Origin: Hypanus sabinus | Taxonomy: Eukaryota | DNA length: 64,000 bases | NCBI RefSeq assembly: GCF_030144855.1 | Contig: NC_082733.1 | Coordinates: 31,744,001 to 31,808,000, forward strand | Direction: 5' to 3' | In this document: positions 1 to 12,064 of the stretch, piece after piece | How the letters are laid out: each line of letters starts with the position of its first letter | How positions within the stretch are numbered: the stretch's first letter is position 1 | Notes under the pieces: model-generated | What the model was told of the DNA's origin: nothing | Databases searched by the model: none | The model's input: only the letters and a program-made list of their open reading frames with translations | Program-made: the position numbers and the translations under genes

Positions 1-85
1 TTCACCTGTGCGCACCATTGCCAAAAGCCGCGCGTTCCCGCGCCCAGGACTGCCAAAGGTCGCGCGTTCCCGCGCCCGCGCCCAC

Positions 86-307
86 CTGCTCCAGCAGCCG
101 CGCGAACGCGCTTTCCATCTGGTTCTTCTCCCGCGACACCACGGCCGGCCGCTGCAGACACACGGCGCCGCAGAGTTGCCAGCCGTTGGCCCCCGGCTGC
201 GGAGTGTGGCTGCCCTCGGTGGAACGCCCCGCCAATCCCTGCAGTGCGGGGCCAAGCCGGGGGCCGGCGAGGCTCCCGAGCACGGGGAGCCGGCGAAGCG
301 CAGCCAT
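86..307 (-). CDS. MRPL46: Mitochondrial ribosomal protein L46, coding exon 1 (gene continues off the left edge)
   Basis: ATG at 307; 74 codons MAALRR...WQLCGAVCLQRPAVVSREKNQMESAFARLLEQ resemble the MRPL46 N-terminus (WRLLGALCLQRPPVVSK...LLQQ); phase-0 donor CAG|GTGGGC at 85-84; head-to-head with MRPS11 as in other vertebrates. Confidence 0.9.
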
Positions 308-817
308 CTCGGCTCTCCGATTGCGAGACGCGCGGTAGTGGGAGGAGGGGGGGATGGATCAGCATATAAACGCTTATTGTTCCTCCGTCCTTCTCTCATT
401 GTATCGCATTGCGGCACTTACTTATCTAAACTCAAACTCTTTAATAATGTCTGACAAACACCAAACGAGAACGATTCTGCTTCATTTCTGAAACTATTAT
501 TAACTCTCTCTCCCCCCCCCGCCGAACGTTGGAACAGTCTGTACTGAGCGGGACCAACAGAGGCGGGGGCGTCATTTTTTAGCAAATACTTTTAACACAG
601 CTACCTCAGAAAGGAAGATTAGTATTAGAATTTTACTATTGAAATTAAAAGTTTATTTATAACCGAGGTGTTACTGTTGAGAATAAAAGGTGTATCTTTA
701 TAAGGAGATTGTCGTGCTACATCCTTTCCCCACCCACTTCGGTCGGGGTCATGAGGGGGTCATTGGGCCTGGCGATGGGAGAAGCCTTCGTCTGAGGCAC
801 GGGCGGCAGGTTTGAAA
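308..817. promoter_or_regulatory. Bidirectional promoter between MRPL46 and MRPS11
   Basis: 510 bp between divergent ATGs (307 and 818); CpG-rich on both flanks with an AT-rich core at about 570-710. Confidence 0.75.
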
Positions 818-882
818 ATGTGGGGGGCGCGGAGCCTGGTCTGGGGTCTGGGCCGTGGCTTGCTGCCGAGGACAGGCGGCTG
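818..882 (+). CDS. MRPS11: Mitochondrial ribosomal protein S11, exon 1 (presequence-like MWGARSLVWGLGRGLLPRTGG)
   Basis: AAAATG at 818; Arg/Leu/Gly-rich with no acidic residues; donor TG|GTAAGT, phase 2, compatible with exon 2. Confidence 0.8.
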
Positions 883-1319
883 GTAAGTACTTCTCTGGCA
901 GTTCGGTGAACTAGAAGCAAGGTGCTGGTGGGGGAGGGAGAGAAAGAGGAACAACCACTCGAGCACCTTGGCCCAACATACATCCTGCATGTAACATCAT
1001 CTATTCAAGTTCAGGTTTATCATCACGGGTGTCCAGACCCCCGGGTAGCAGTGCCCTGAAAATCAGAGCAATGCATTACAAGCACGACAAACTTAAGTTA
1101 ATGTAGTACTGCATATCACAATAACACTAAGTTTGTAAAAACAAGATGCTGGAAATCCAGAGCACCAAGCACAAAATACCGAAGGAACTCAGCAAGTCAG
1201 CATCATATACGGATAGGAATAAACAGTCAATCCTCTTCAGGACTCTGATTGTGAAATCTTGCTGTGCAAAGCAGGTCTTTTCTTCCTGAGACCAGACTTA
1301 AAAAGTTCTTTGGAGACAC

Positions 1320-1850
1320 ATAAGACCACAGATGTGGGAAATCTGGAGCAATGCTCAAGGTACTCGTGAAATTCATCAGTTCAGGTGGCGTCATGGAGTG
1401 AAAGGGACAGTCGACAATTGGGGTCGGGACACTTCGTCTGCACCGGAAAGAAAGGGGATGATAACTTGTATTAAAATGTTGGAGTAGGAAGGGCTGGAGC
1501 TGGAACTGGCTGAGATTCTAGGTGAACCAGGAGGTTTGACGTGAAGTGGGGGAGACTGGGAATGATATCAAAAGGTGGCTAGCCCTTTGTCACTTCCAGC
1601 AAACACCTCCCAGCTTCCAACATCATTCCCACTCTCCCCCTTTCCTCATCTACTTAACGCATCCTCCCCCCTCAACTGAATCCACCTATCCTGCCAAATC
1701 TTGCACTAACTCTTCCACCTCATCATCTTATACTGGTTACCTTCCCATATTTCCAGATGAAGGATCTCGACCCGAAACGTTGAATGTCCATGACCCTCCA
1801 TAGATGCTGCCTGACCTACTGAGTTCCTCCAGTATTTCTGTGTGTCTCTT
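1320..1850. mobile_element. Penelope-derived fragment with inverted arms and a degenerate hammerhead motif (1751-1784)
   Basis: Ends are reverse-complement related; contains ttc-cagatga-aggatctcgaccc-gaaacgtt-gaa. Confidence 0.6.
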
Positions 1851-2519
1851 CAAATGTTCTTTATAAATTGTGTATTTTTATTTGGGATGCCATACAGATG
1901 CTGTGTGACCTGAGGCAATGGAAGGTGATATTGAAGTATATATCTTTCTTTTCTCCCAAATTTACCAGCTAAGTTTATTTGGCCTGTTGTTCACCGATCG
2001 TTCATTATGATTAAATTCATGATGAAAATGCACTGTAGCTCACACTATATCTGTGGAGGGAGAAACAGAATTAATGTTTGAGGTTGTGTCAGATTTAAAT
2101 TCCACCTATCAACCCTCCGCCCATCTTCAATATGGGCTGTTTTCCTCTCTCCGTTAGCACAGTCAAATCTGTCTGGCATATATAAAAGCACTGCTATTGA
2201 AATTAATTATGCTTCTTTGTACTATAACCCCTTAGCTTCCTGCATTAACTACTTTGTCTGGACTTGATGCTCACTGCTGTTTGTAAGGAGTTTGTAAATT
2301 CTCGCCGTGACCGTATGAGTTAGGGTTAGTAAGTAGTGGACATGCTGTGTTAGCACCAGAAATATGGCAACACAGATGCTGCGGGAATATGGAGTGACAA
2401 ACAATCTGGTTGAGTAGCATCTATGGAGGAGAGGAAATGAATTGTCAGCAACCTTTAAATTATAGAGAAGCAGAGGAGAGGATAAGACGAAGACAGTTTA
2501 CAAAGATGTTGTCAGGACT

Positions 2520-3503
2520 GTATTGGGACCACAGCTCTTTACGATTTATGTCAATGATTTAGATGAGGGCATTGAAAACTATATCAGCAAGTTTGCTGAC
2601 GATACTAAACTGGGTGGCAGTGTGACATGCGAAGAGGATGTTAGGAGAATACAGGGAGACTTGGATAGGCTGAGTGAGTGGGCAGATACTTGGCAGATGT
2701 CATTCAATGTGAATAAATGTGAAGTTATCCACTTTGGAAGCAGGAACAAGAGGGCAGAGTATTGTGTGAACGGTGTAGAGTTAGGTAAGGGAGAAATGCA
2801 AAGAAACCTAGGAGTCCTAGTTCATCAGTCAATGAAGGTGAATGAGCAAGTGCAACAGGCAGTGAAGAGGGCAAATGGAATATTGGCCTTTATTACAAGG
2901 GGAATTGAGTACAAGAGCAAGGATGTCCTTTTGCATTTGTACAGGGCCCTGGTGAGACCACACCTGGAATATTGTGTACAGTTTTGGTCTCCAGGTTTAA
3001 GGAAGGACATTCTGGCAATTGAGGAAGTGCAGCGTAGATTCACTAGGTTGATTCCTGGGATGGCAGGGCTGTCTTACGCAGAGAGATTGGGCTTGTACAC
3101 ACTGGAATTGAGGAGATTGAGAGGGGATCTGATTGAAACGTTTAAGATAATTAAAGGATTTGATAGGATTGAGGCAGGAAATATGTTCCAGATGTTGGGA
3201 GAGTCCAGTACCAGAGGGCATGGATTGAGAATAAGAGGTCAGTTATTTAAAAGAGTTGAGGAAGAGCTTCTTCTCCCAGAGAGTTGTGGAGGTGTGGAAT
3301 GCACTGCCTCGGAAGACGGTGGAGACCAATTTTCTGGATGCTTTCAAGAAGGAGCTAGATAGATATCTGATGGATAGGGGAATCAAGGGATATGGGGACA
3401 AGGCAGGGACTGGGTATTGATAGTGAATGATCAGCCATGATCACAGAATGGCGGTGCAGACTCGAGGGGCCGAATGGTCTACTTCTGCACCTATTGTCTA
3501 TTG
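2520..3503 (+). mobile_element. 5'-truncated CR1 LINE (RT C-terminus + 3'UTR) inserted in an older CR1
   Basis: ORF 2523-3362 with GPQLF..Y.NDL, SKFADDTKL and LVRPHLEYCVQFWSP motifs; (ctattg) tail at about 3491-3503. Confidence 0.9.
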
Positions 3504-3620
3504 ACTTGACCTGACTTACAGGGGAAGGTTGAATAGGTCAGGACTTTATTCCCTAGAATGTTGGAAAATGAGGAGAGATTTGATAAAGGGATACAATATT
3601 ACAAGGGGTATAGATGGGGT

Positions 3621-5139
3621 TTGGGTGGCGGAGTAGAGATGTGCTACTCCCCTCCACTGGCCTGCAGATCACCCGTGGTTTTAGCTCCTGCTTAGCCACC
3701 CACTCCCCCCACCCCGATCAGTGCCATGGGAGCAGGTGGTGGATGGTCTTATAAGCAGCTGGTGCATATCACAAGCCCTGATAATGCGACCACTAATGCC
3801 AGGCAGACAATCTCTGAAAAATATTGTTATAGACGATGAGATAAAGAAATCTTTATTAGCAAAAAGAACTTTAATTCAAAATAGGCTTATTCCTTTTACA
3901 ATGGATAATAAACTTTTACATAATTGGTTCCAAAAGGGGATTAAATATATAGGTGATTGTTTTGAAAGAGGTATATTGATGTTGTTTGATCAATTAAAAA
4001 ATAAATATAAAATATCAAACAACACTCTTTTCTGTTATTTTCAATTAAAGGCTTATTTACGAGAAAAGCTGGGTCAAACAATGTTGATGCCAAAACCTAG
4101 TGAAATAGAAATATTAATTCAAAAAGGAAAAATTAAAAAATTTACATCCTGTATGTACAATTTGATTCAAAAACAATTAAATTAGGAATTCATAAATCAA
4201 GATAAAAATGGGAATCTGATTTGAATATTAAAATTGATGGAAAAAGCTGGTCAAGATTATGTTCTGATAGTATGATAAATACAATAAATGTTCAACTTAG
4301 ATTAGTACAATATAATTTTTTACATCAATTATATATAACACCACAGAAAATAAATAGATTGAATTCAAATATGTCTGACCAATGTTTTTGATGTGATCAA
4401 GAAATTGGTATTTTTTTACATTCTACTTGGTCTTGTTTTAAAATTCAATCATTTTGGATAAATCTAAGACTTTTATTGGAACAAATTACTGGAGTACAAC
4501 TCCCACATAGTCCAATATTATTTTTATTAGGAGACATTGAAGGGACAATACCAAAACTTAAATTGAATAAGTATCAGAAAAAATTTATAAAAATTGCATT
4601 GGCAGTAGCCAAAAAAGTTATCGCAGTTACTTGGAAATCTGATTTATATTTAACTATGGATCATTGGAATAATAAAATATATAGTTGTATTCCACTTGAA
4701 AAAATTACATACAATCTAAGAAATTAATATATATTTTTGAAAATTTGGCTCCCATACCTACAAAAGATAGGATTAAATACATAGGTCCTTTGAAAATAAA
4801 ATTATAAAGTAATTGGGGAAAGTAAAAATTAAAATTACTTTGAACTCCATGGAGCATGTGGGGATCCTCCGATATCCAGGCAATCTTTCTCTTCTTTCTT
4901 TCTTTTTTTCTTTCTTTAGACAAGAGTTGGGGGGGGGGGAGGGTTAATATTATTTTTTCTCTCTCTTACTATTTTATCATTACATTTATTCTTTGTAATT
5001 TTCTAAAAATTTAATAAATAAAAAAAAGAATATTGTTAACGGCTGGGGTCACCCATCTTGTAAAGACACTGCCCGGAAGGCAATGGCAAACCATTTCTGT
5101 AGAATTTGCCCAGAACAGTCATGATCATCGTAATGATGA
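3621..5139 (+). mobile_element. Short RTE/BovB-related non-autonomous retroelement, split by an L1 insertion
   Basis: Halves 3621-3829 and 5029-5139; GAAGGCAATGGCAAACCA motif (BovB-like); (gat)n tail; diverged TSD tagatggggt/tggatagggt within the host CR1. Confidence 0.6.
3830..5028 (+). mobile_element. 5'-truncated L1-clade LINE (ORF2 C-terminus, poly-A tail)
   Basis: Interrupted ORF with W..KGI..IGD and zinc-knuckle remnant DQCF*CDQEIGIFLHSTWSC; AATAAA plus A tail; TSD aatattgtta at 3820-3829 and 5029-5038. Confidence 0.85.
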
Positions 5140-7501
5140 TGGATAGGGTAAATACAAGCAAGCTCTTTTCACTGAGGCTGGGTGAAATTAGAAGTAGAGG
5201 TCATGGGTTAAGGGTGAAACGTGAAATGTTTGAGGGGATCATGAAGGGGAACTTCTTCACTCAGAGGGTGATGAGAGTGTAGAATGAGCTGCCAGTGGAA
5301 GCGGTGGATTTGATTTCAACTTAAAAAGAAATTTGAATATGTACATGAATGAAACAGGTATGAAGGGCTATGTTCCAGATGCTAGTCGATGGGACTTGGC
5401 AGAATAATAGTTTGATGCGTACCAGATGGGCAGAAGGACCTGTTTCTGTGCTGTAGCACTCTATAACTCTAACAAAGGGAATATCTGTGATAGAATGGGA
5501 CCAGAGTTTAAATGGGGATAGGTTATAGAAATTAAAGATTAAAGGTAAGCTTTATTTGTCACATGTGCATTGAAACATTGAAAAACATACAGTGAAAACA
5601 AGTCAGCGAGGATTGTGCTGTGGGCACCCCACAAGTGTCACCATGTTTCTGGTGCCAACATAGCATGCCCACTAGTTACTAACCCAAACCGGTATGGTCC
5701 TGAGGAGAATTTACAAACTCCTTACAGGCAGCAGTGAGAATCAAGTCCAGGCAAAAAGGCTAATGGGGGAAGTTAAGGAGTAATAATGCAAAGAAGCATA
5801 ATGAATTTCAATAGCAGTGCTTTTATATATGTCAGGCAGATTTGACTGTGCTAATGGAGAGAGAAAAATAACCCATATCAAAAATGGGTGGAGGGTTGAC
5901 AGGTAGAATTTAAACCTGATTATTATGAGGTAATGCATTTTAGGAAGTCCTGTTAGGAGTAGGGCATAGAGCACTACAGAATATTGATGACCAAAGGGAC
6001 CATGTCTGTAGTTTCTTGGAAGTTTCAAGAGAGGGTGGCGATTATGGTCTATGGCATGCTCAACTCTTATGCTGTTTGTAGAGCATGGAAACAGGCCTTT
6101 TAATCCATCTCATCCATGTGTTACCCAGTGAGCTAATTCCATTTACCCGTGTTTGACCCACTTCTCTCTAAACTTCTAGCTATCTAAATCAGGTTACCCC
6201 TTAATCTCCCACATCTCTGGAAATAAAGTCCTAGTCTACACAATATCTCCATTTCCCCCCACCCAAAAGTACAAGCAACATCATGATAAATCTTTTCTGC
6301 AATATTTCCAGTTTATTAAATGCTTTTTTTATAACAAGGTGACCAAAACTGTATATAGTGTTCCAAGTACTGCTTCGCCAATGTCTACAACGTACCTTCA
6401 ACACTCTTATGCTCAATCACTACTCAAAGTTGTAGCCAAAACTTTAAATTGGCTCCCTGGTACTACAAGCGGGAACAGCATCCTTCTCTCTATCCAATAA
6501 CCTGTTGCAACTTTACTAAAAATCCTGTTTAGACTTGGAATACTGTGTGCGGTTCTGGTCATCTCACTTTTTGGAAGGATATGCTTGCACTGGACACTAC
6601 ACAGGAGCTTCAGCACGATATTGTCTGGACTTCCATCATGGGGAGAGATTACAGGGGTTGGGTTTGTTTACTAGGGACTGAACGAGTCTGATTGATGTAT
6701 CTAAAGGGGAGTGATAAGGTAGATAATCAGATTTTTTTTTGCCATGGTACATTAATTGATTTGATAACCTGGTACATAGTTCTTTCTTACTCTTTGCAGT
6801 AAATTTCATTTTGTTCATAAAAGAAAAACTTAGATCTTGCTGGCCTGTGTTTTCCTTTGCTCTGTCAAATAGCATTTCCAACCATGAATGTTTCCAACTC
6901 TATACCTTAGATTTAGTCTGCTACAAACACCTACAAAATTGTCTTTCTGTGACTGAAGTCATCTTTGCATCCCTTAGTGTTTTCTTCAATTGTCTGAAGA
7001 AGTACTGAAAGCCATAAAAATCAAAAGTCTTAGAATTTGTTGTACAAAGTTTTGCATCTCCTTATGCAGACTTTCTGTCCTGGATTCATTTCAGTCGATT
7101 ACTTCTAAACAAGATAATGTTGAATGACCAGCTAATCTGTTTTTAGTTAGCAGCTGAAGAAGAATGTTTGCCAGAGCATGGAGACCTCTAGTAATTGAAC
7201 CATGAGATTTTTATCAGCAGCCTAAATCTACATATGAAGTACATTGCATAAAATGCCTTATTCATAAAGCAGTATCTCTGAAAAAAACAGAAATTTTCAG
7301 TTCTGCTTTATATATAGTAAGAATAAGCAGATGGTCTTCATTTACTTAATCCAATGTAGAGCCAGTGATATCAGAAATTCATCACTGTGGGAAGGTGATC
7401 ACAACTTTCAAATATTAAAGTAAATTCAGTTCATGTTCTGTGTCTCCTGTGTGGAGTTTTATCTGTGTTTGTGCTAAACTGGTCATGTTTTCTTCTCCTA
7501 G

Positions 7502-7633
7502 TTCTTACGTTTGTTCATTGGAGGCCCAGTGCCGATATTTACAAACAAGTTTACAGAGGCAGCAAGAAGCAACAGAAAAGGAGAAAGCCTCTACAGAACT
7601 AACACAATCTAGACAGTCAGCAGCAGACTACAG
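7502..7633 (+). CDS. MRPS11: MRPS11 exon 2
   Basis: Acceptor ttttcttctcctAG; 132 nt, SYVCSLEAQCRYLQTSLQRQQ...AADY; donor AG|GTATTC; phase 2-2. Confidence 0.8.
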
Positions 7634-8054
7634 GTATTCCATCTCTTTCCCAGCTGCATTATTTTAAGTGTTTTCTTGAAGGTAGCCAGGTGCCTATTTT
7701 TGATCTAAATGGTATAATTTTACTAGTCACCATCAAGAAATAGTAACATTTTAAAAAGTAACAATTCATTTCCTCTGCTTTCAAACAAGAATTTTAATAA
7801 GGGCCATTGCAAAATAATCTGGTCTTGCAAGTGGAGCAAGGCAGTTGGTTTATATAGTTTAGAGGGATTTTTATTTTGCTTGCCAAATCGGGTTTTGAAT
7901 TGGACATAAGGTACCTTGTTTATTTCTGTCTACTAACAGTACAAAGCTTTACCAAGTATCCTACTATTTTAACTCTAATTTGATCTATCTAACGTGTATT
8001 GTAGTAAAAGGTTAAAGAAAATTTATTCTTGAAGTATATTATGTCAACATATTA

Positions 8055-8822
8055 AGTTGGTGCTGGATCCCAGGAGAGAGTATTTGTGGAATGCCTATTA
8101 GATAGTTTTTTTAGAGCAGCTTGTGGCTGAGCCCACTAGGGGAATGGCTATTCTGGATTGGAAATTTTGTAATGAACTGGATTTGTTTGGGGAACTTAAG
8201 GTAAAGGAACCCTTAGGGGACATGTGATCACAATATGATAGCTAAAGTTGGCTGTGGAGTGTTACAGAGGCTTGATAAAGGAGCTGGCCAAAGTTGAATG
8301 GAAGAGGACACTAGCAGGGATAATGGATAATCAGCAATGGCTGGAGTTTCCAGGAGAAATTTGGAAGATGCAGGATAGATACATCCCAAAGAGGAAGTAC
8401 TCCAAAGGCAGGATCACGCAACCATCAGAGATGTAAAGAGTAAAAGAGAGGCGAGAGTAGATATCTGACCACTGGAAAATGAAACTGCATAGATAGTAAT
8501 GGTGGGCAAGGAAATGGCGGGCAAACTAAATAAATAGTTTGCATCAGTCTTCAATGTGGAAGACTCTAGCAGTATGCCGGAAGTTCAATAGTGTTGGGGC
8601 AGAAGTGGGTGCACTTGCTATAATTAGGGAGAAAGAACTTGGGAAGCTGAAAGTTCTGAAGGTAGGTAAGACTCCTGAACCAAATGGACTACGTCACAGG
8701 ATTTTGAAAAAGGTAGCTGAAGAGTTTGTGGAGGCATTAGTAATGATCTTTCAAGAATCATTAGATTCTGGCATGTTTCTGGAGGACTGGAAAATTGCAA
8801 ATATCATTCTGCTGTTCAAGAA
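8055..8822 (+). mobile_element. Decayed CR1 ORF2 fragments
   Basis: ORF remnants K.PEPNG...RILK.VAEE.VEAL..IFQESL.SG..LEDWKIANI.LLFKK. Confidence 0.75.
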
Positions 8823-9697
8823 AACTGAAGTCAACTGTGGTGGCATTTTCAACGACTCTTCATCTCATGATATTTATCTATCATTATTTCTTTTTCTCTT
8901 TGTTGTCTTTTGCACATCAGTTTTTTGTCTGTCCTATTGGGTGCGGTCTTTCATTGATTCTATTATGTTTCTGGGATTTACTGAGTATGCTCACAAGAAA
9001 ATGAGTCATTGAAAGTAGGTTGTGGAAACAGTTCAGTGATCAGGTGAGTGAAGTTATCCCCACTGGTTCAGAGCCTGATGGTTGAAGGGTAATGAGTGTA
9101 CTTCATCCTGTGGTGTGAGTCCTGAGGTTCCTGTACCTTCTTCCTCATGGCAGCTGCAAGAGGAGGACGTGGCCTGGGTGGTGCCACCACAGTTGACTTA
9201 AGTTTTCAATTGACACAATTGGAATTTGGTTGGGGGGGGGGGTGGTTGAGTTGTCACCACAATTGACTTCAGTATGCTTAGAGAGCATAAAAGTTAACCA
9301 AGTTCATCACTACTGATTCTTGCTTGGAAGTGACCACTTGATTTTTTTCACAGCATTGTGGTCAACTGGGATAGGGTAGCCTTCTATGTCTGCCTGGATA
9401 GAGCTGGTTTTAAATCTCTTCTAAGAAACTTTGTAGGGGGAATTCTTTCCACTTGCCTTTCCATGTTATTGATCACTCTGTGCTTGTAATTACTTATGAC
9501 AAATCATAAATACAGGAGTTCAGTATAGTTGTGCAATATTAATCAATTAATAATATTGGGCAGGAATATAATGAACCAAATGACTTTTGTTTATTTACAG
9601 GTAATTTATGGGGTTGGGGAGGAAGATTTGAGTTAATGTTTTGCTTGTTTATCAATTATTTATGTTGTGAAATGAATACTATTTCTGTTATGTATAG

Positions 9698-9796
9698 TAT
9701 CCTACCACCAATGCCAGGACAGGAGAGCTCTTTGCATTGGGAAGGCAAAAAATATGAAGATTTGCACATAGTGCATGTCAAGGCAACATATAATAA
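9698..9796 (+). CDS. MRPS11: MRPS11 exon 3
   Basis: 99 nt, SILPPMPGQESSLHWEGKKYEDLHIVHVKATYN, similar to MRPS11 [22 protein letters not shown]; AG acceptor, AA|GTAAGT donor. Confidence 0.95.
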
Positions 9797-9851
9797 GTAA
9801 GTGGTGATAATTTATCCATAAAGCAAGATTTTCTAAGCTAAGCTGCATACT

Positions 9852-10193
9852 TACTTGTAGCCTGTTATGCCACTGGCACTTAGGGCAGCAATGAAGGTCC
9901 TCCATCTCTATTTGTCCATACCATTAGACACAGGTATAGAAGAAATTTTCATTGCGTTTCCATAACAATTTTTTTCCTTTTAACTAGTCAGGGTTGTTAG
10001 CCCTGAGCTGAACCCCTAAATCTGGAAGACCTGTTGACCACTCTTAGTTTGGCCTCTACCCTTTCACTGGTTTGGTATGGGTGACCCTGCCAAGAGCCAA
10101 AGTACAAAGCCCTGACTCCAGGCAACATAGCTCTCCAGGTCATTGAGGCACATAAGTCTCCAAACCATGATGAGGTTGTGGTCCTCTTGAAGG
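9852..10193 (-). mobile_element. Bipartite non-autonomous RTE-clade element (5'UTR + 3' end)
   Basis: 12-bp TSD aagctgcatact at 9840-9851 and 10194-10205; 5' part resembles BovB/Rex3 5'UTR motifs (GGACCAC..CTCAATGA..GAGCTATG..AGGGTCACCCA); homologous to 28473-28883 and 55478-55816. Confidence 0.75.
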
Positions 10194-11934
10194 AAGCTGC
10201 ATACTAGTCACAGCATTGTTATTCCCTTTGCTGCTCTAGGTTACAAGGAAGAAAACATTAGCTGTGATTCCTCTTCCTCTGTTTTGATTCTTGCTTGTAA
10301 GCGTGCATCTGAGAATTATTAATTTGGGACAGAATTGGCTTGGTGGTAGTTGGTATCACAGTCAAAGCTTTAGATGACATGTTGCCCAATGTGAAACATG
10401 TTTAGCTGTATTAAGACTCCTTGAAGGTTATTGACAAACAACGTGCCCTCAGGAGCAGAATTGATTGGGCAAACTGGTGAGATGAGTAGAAATGGTTGTA
10501 CAGAAGTCAGTACAGCACTAAAACCTTCAAAGTAGTGTAACGGGTCTATTGTACCTCAAACAACAACCTCCATTTAAATAGAACTTTTAACATACCTGGA
10601 ACTGCCCAAACAAAATTAACATTGACCCACACTAGAGTGAACAACTAAATTCAATCAATAATTAATTCAAGCCACTTGATGCAGAATACAATGTATATCA
10701 AAATTCTAGTTTCTCCATGCGTTCTTTCACTCTTCCTATCCTGCTCTCTTCATTACATTAACTGACGTAGTCTTTCTGCCTCTGATACCTTCATCTGCAT
10801 GAGTATAATCCACACTCTGCTATTCCAGTTCTCTTCAGTTGCCCTCCCATTAACCTGCCTTTAGGATTGTTGGCTGATTCAAAAATTTCCTTTCCACACT
10901 CTGTCCTCTCCCATCCACTTCTGACCTTGTGAACTTAGATTGTGTTCAGGTGCTCTAATATTTCAAGTTTAAAGTTCCTGAGTTTATGTTTAAGTTATTT
11001 CATGGACTCAGTTCACTTCATCTCTGCAAGTGACTCCAACCCTAAATAATTTTACAAATTTTCATTCTTCTGATTCTTTTATTTCACGTTGTTATGTTTT
11101 ATCTTCTCCCAATAATCTCTCCCACTGCTTTGGGCCTAATTTTTGAATTCTGCCTTTTGAATTAACTTTCTTTTCAGATACCTCTTGAAAGTCATTTTAA
11201 ACTAGCCTTTCCATACTACAATTCTTTCTTTGTTCTACTTTTCTTTTTTTTTTACTGCATTTTCTTGAAACATATAGGTTTTTTTTGCTACAGATACTGA
11301 GAAAAGCAACACACATAAAATGCTGGAGGAACTTAGCAAATCAGGAGGCATTTCTTTCATAGGAGCTGCCTGACTTGCATGAGTTCTACTGGTATTTGTG
11401 TGTGTATAGGACTCCTTTTTTTCTCTTGAAGTTTCTATGCAAATGTAATTTGTAATTTTTTTTGACAATATCAGTATTTGAATATGCTCTCATTGGCAGA
11501 ATGGTTCTATGTATCAGTTAATTGCTAAGTTTTTGACTTCCACTTTTTAGCACCATCCTCTCTTACTGGTCAACACTTTCTTCTGCTGACTGAAATGATA
11601 ATCATAGCATCTCAGGTAGCAGAACCACTGAACTATCCCTAGTCTGATACCAGTTAGAGATCTTAACCAGGGAGGTCCTATGGTGATTTTCACAGGAAGT
11701 AAGAAAAGCACATCAGAGCAATCTGAGGTCAGGGTCTCTTGCAGCCCAGATAGAGAGGAGCAATGTTTTAGTCTTTGTGAAAATAGCTATAATTGACATG
11801 GGCTTGTGCATCAGCAATAAGCATTCTTTATCTAGTTTAAGATAACTTTGTGGTAATTAAGTAACCTACAGATTTATATTGATTATTTTCTTAACTTTTT
11901 CTCTCTCTCTGAAACGCCATTATATTTTTCATAG

Positions 11935-12064
11935 CACGCATATTCAAGTTACTACCCACGATGGGCAGAGCATGGTGCGGACTTCATGTGGTACCGAAGG
12001 GTTTAAGAATGCAAAGAAGGGAACCCCCATTGCTGCTCAGACGGCCGGCATTTCAGCAGCAGCG
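11935..12064 (+). CDS. MRPS11: MRPS11 exon 4
   Basis: 130 nt, NTHIQV...[27 protein letters not shown] (uS11 core); AG/GT sites, phase 2-0. Confidence 0.97.

Noticed and set aside
8-454. 148-aa and 106-aa + strand ORFs
   Set aside because: Antisense to MRPL46 exon 1 in GC-rich DNA, non-ATG starts, no recognisable motifs.
2523-3362. 279-aa reverse transcriptase ORF as an active or domesticated gene
   Set aside because: 5'-truncated CR1 with no ATG, only the C-terminal RT part and a frameshifted end.
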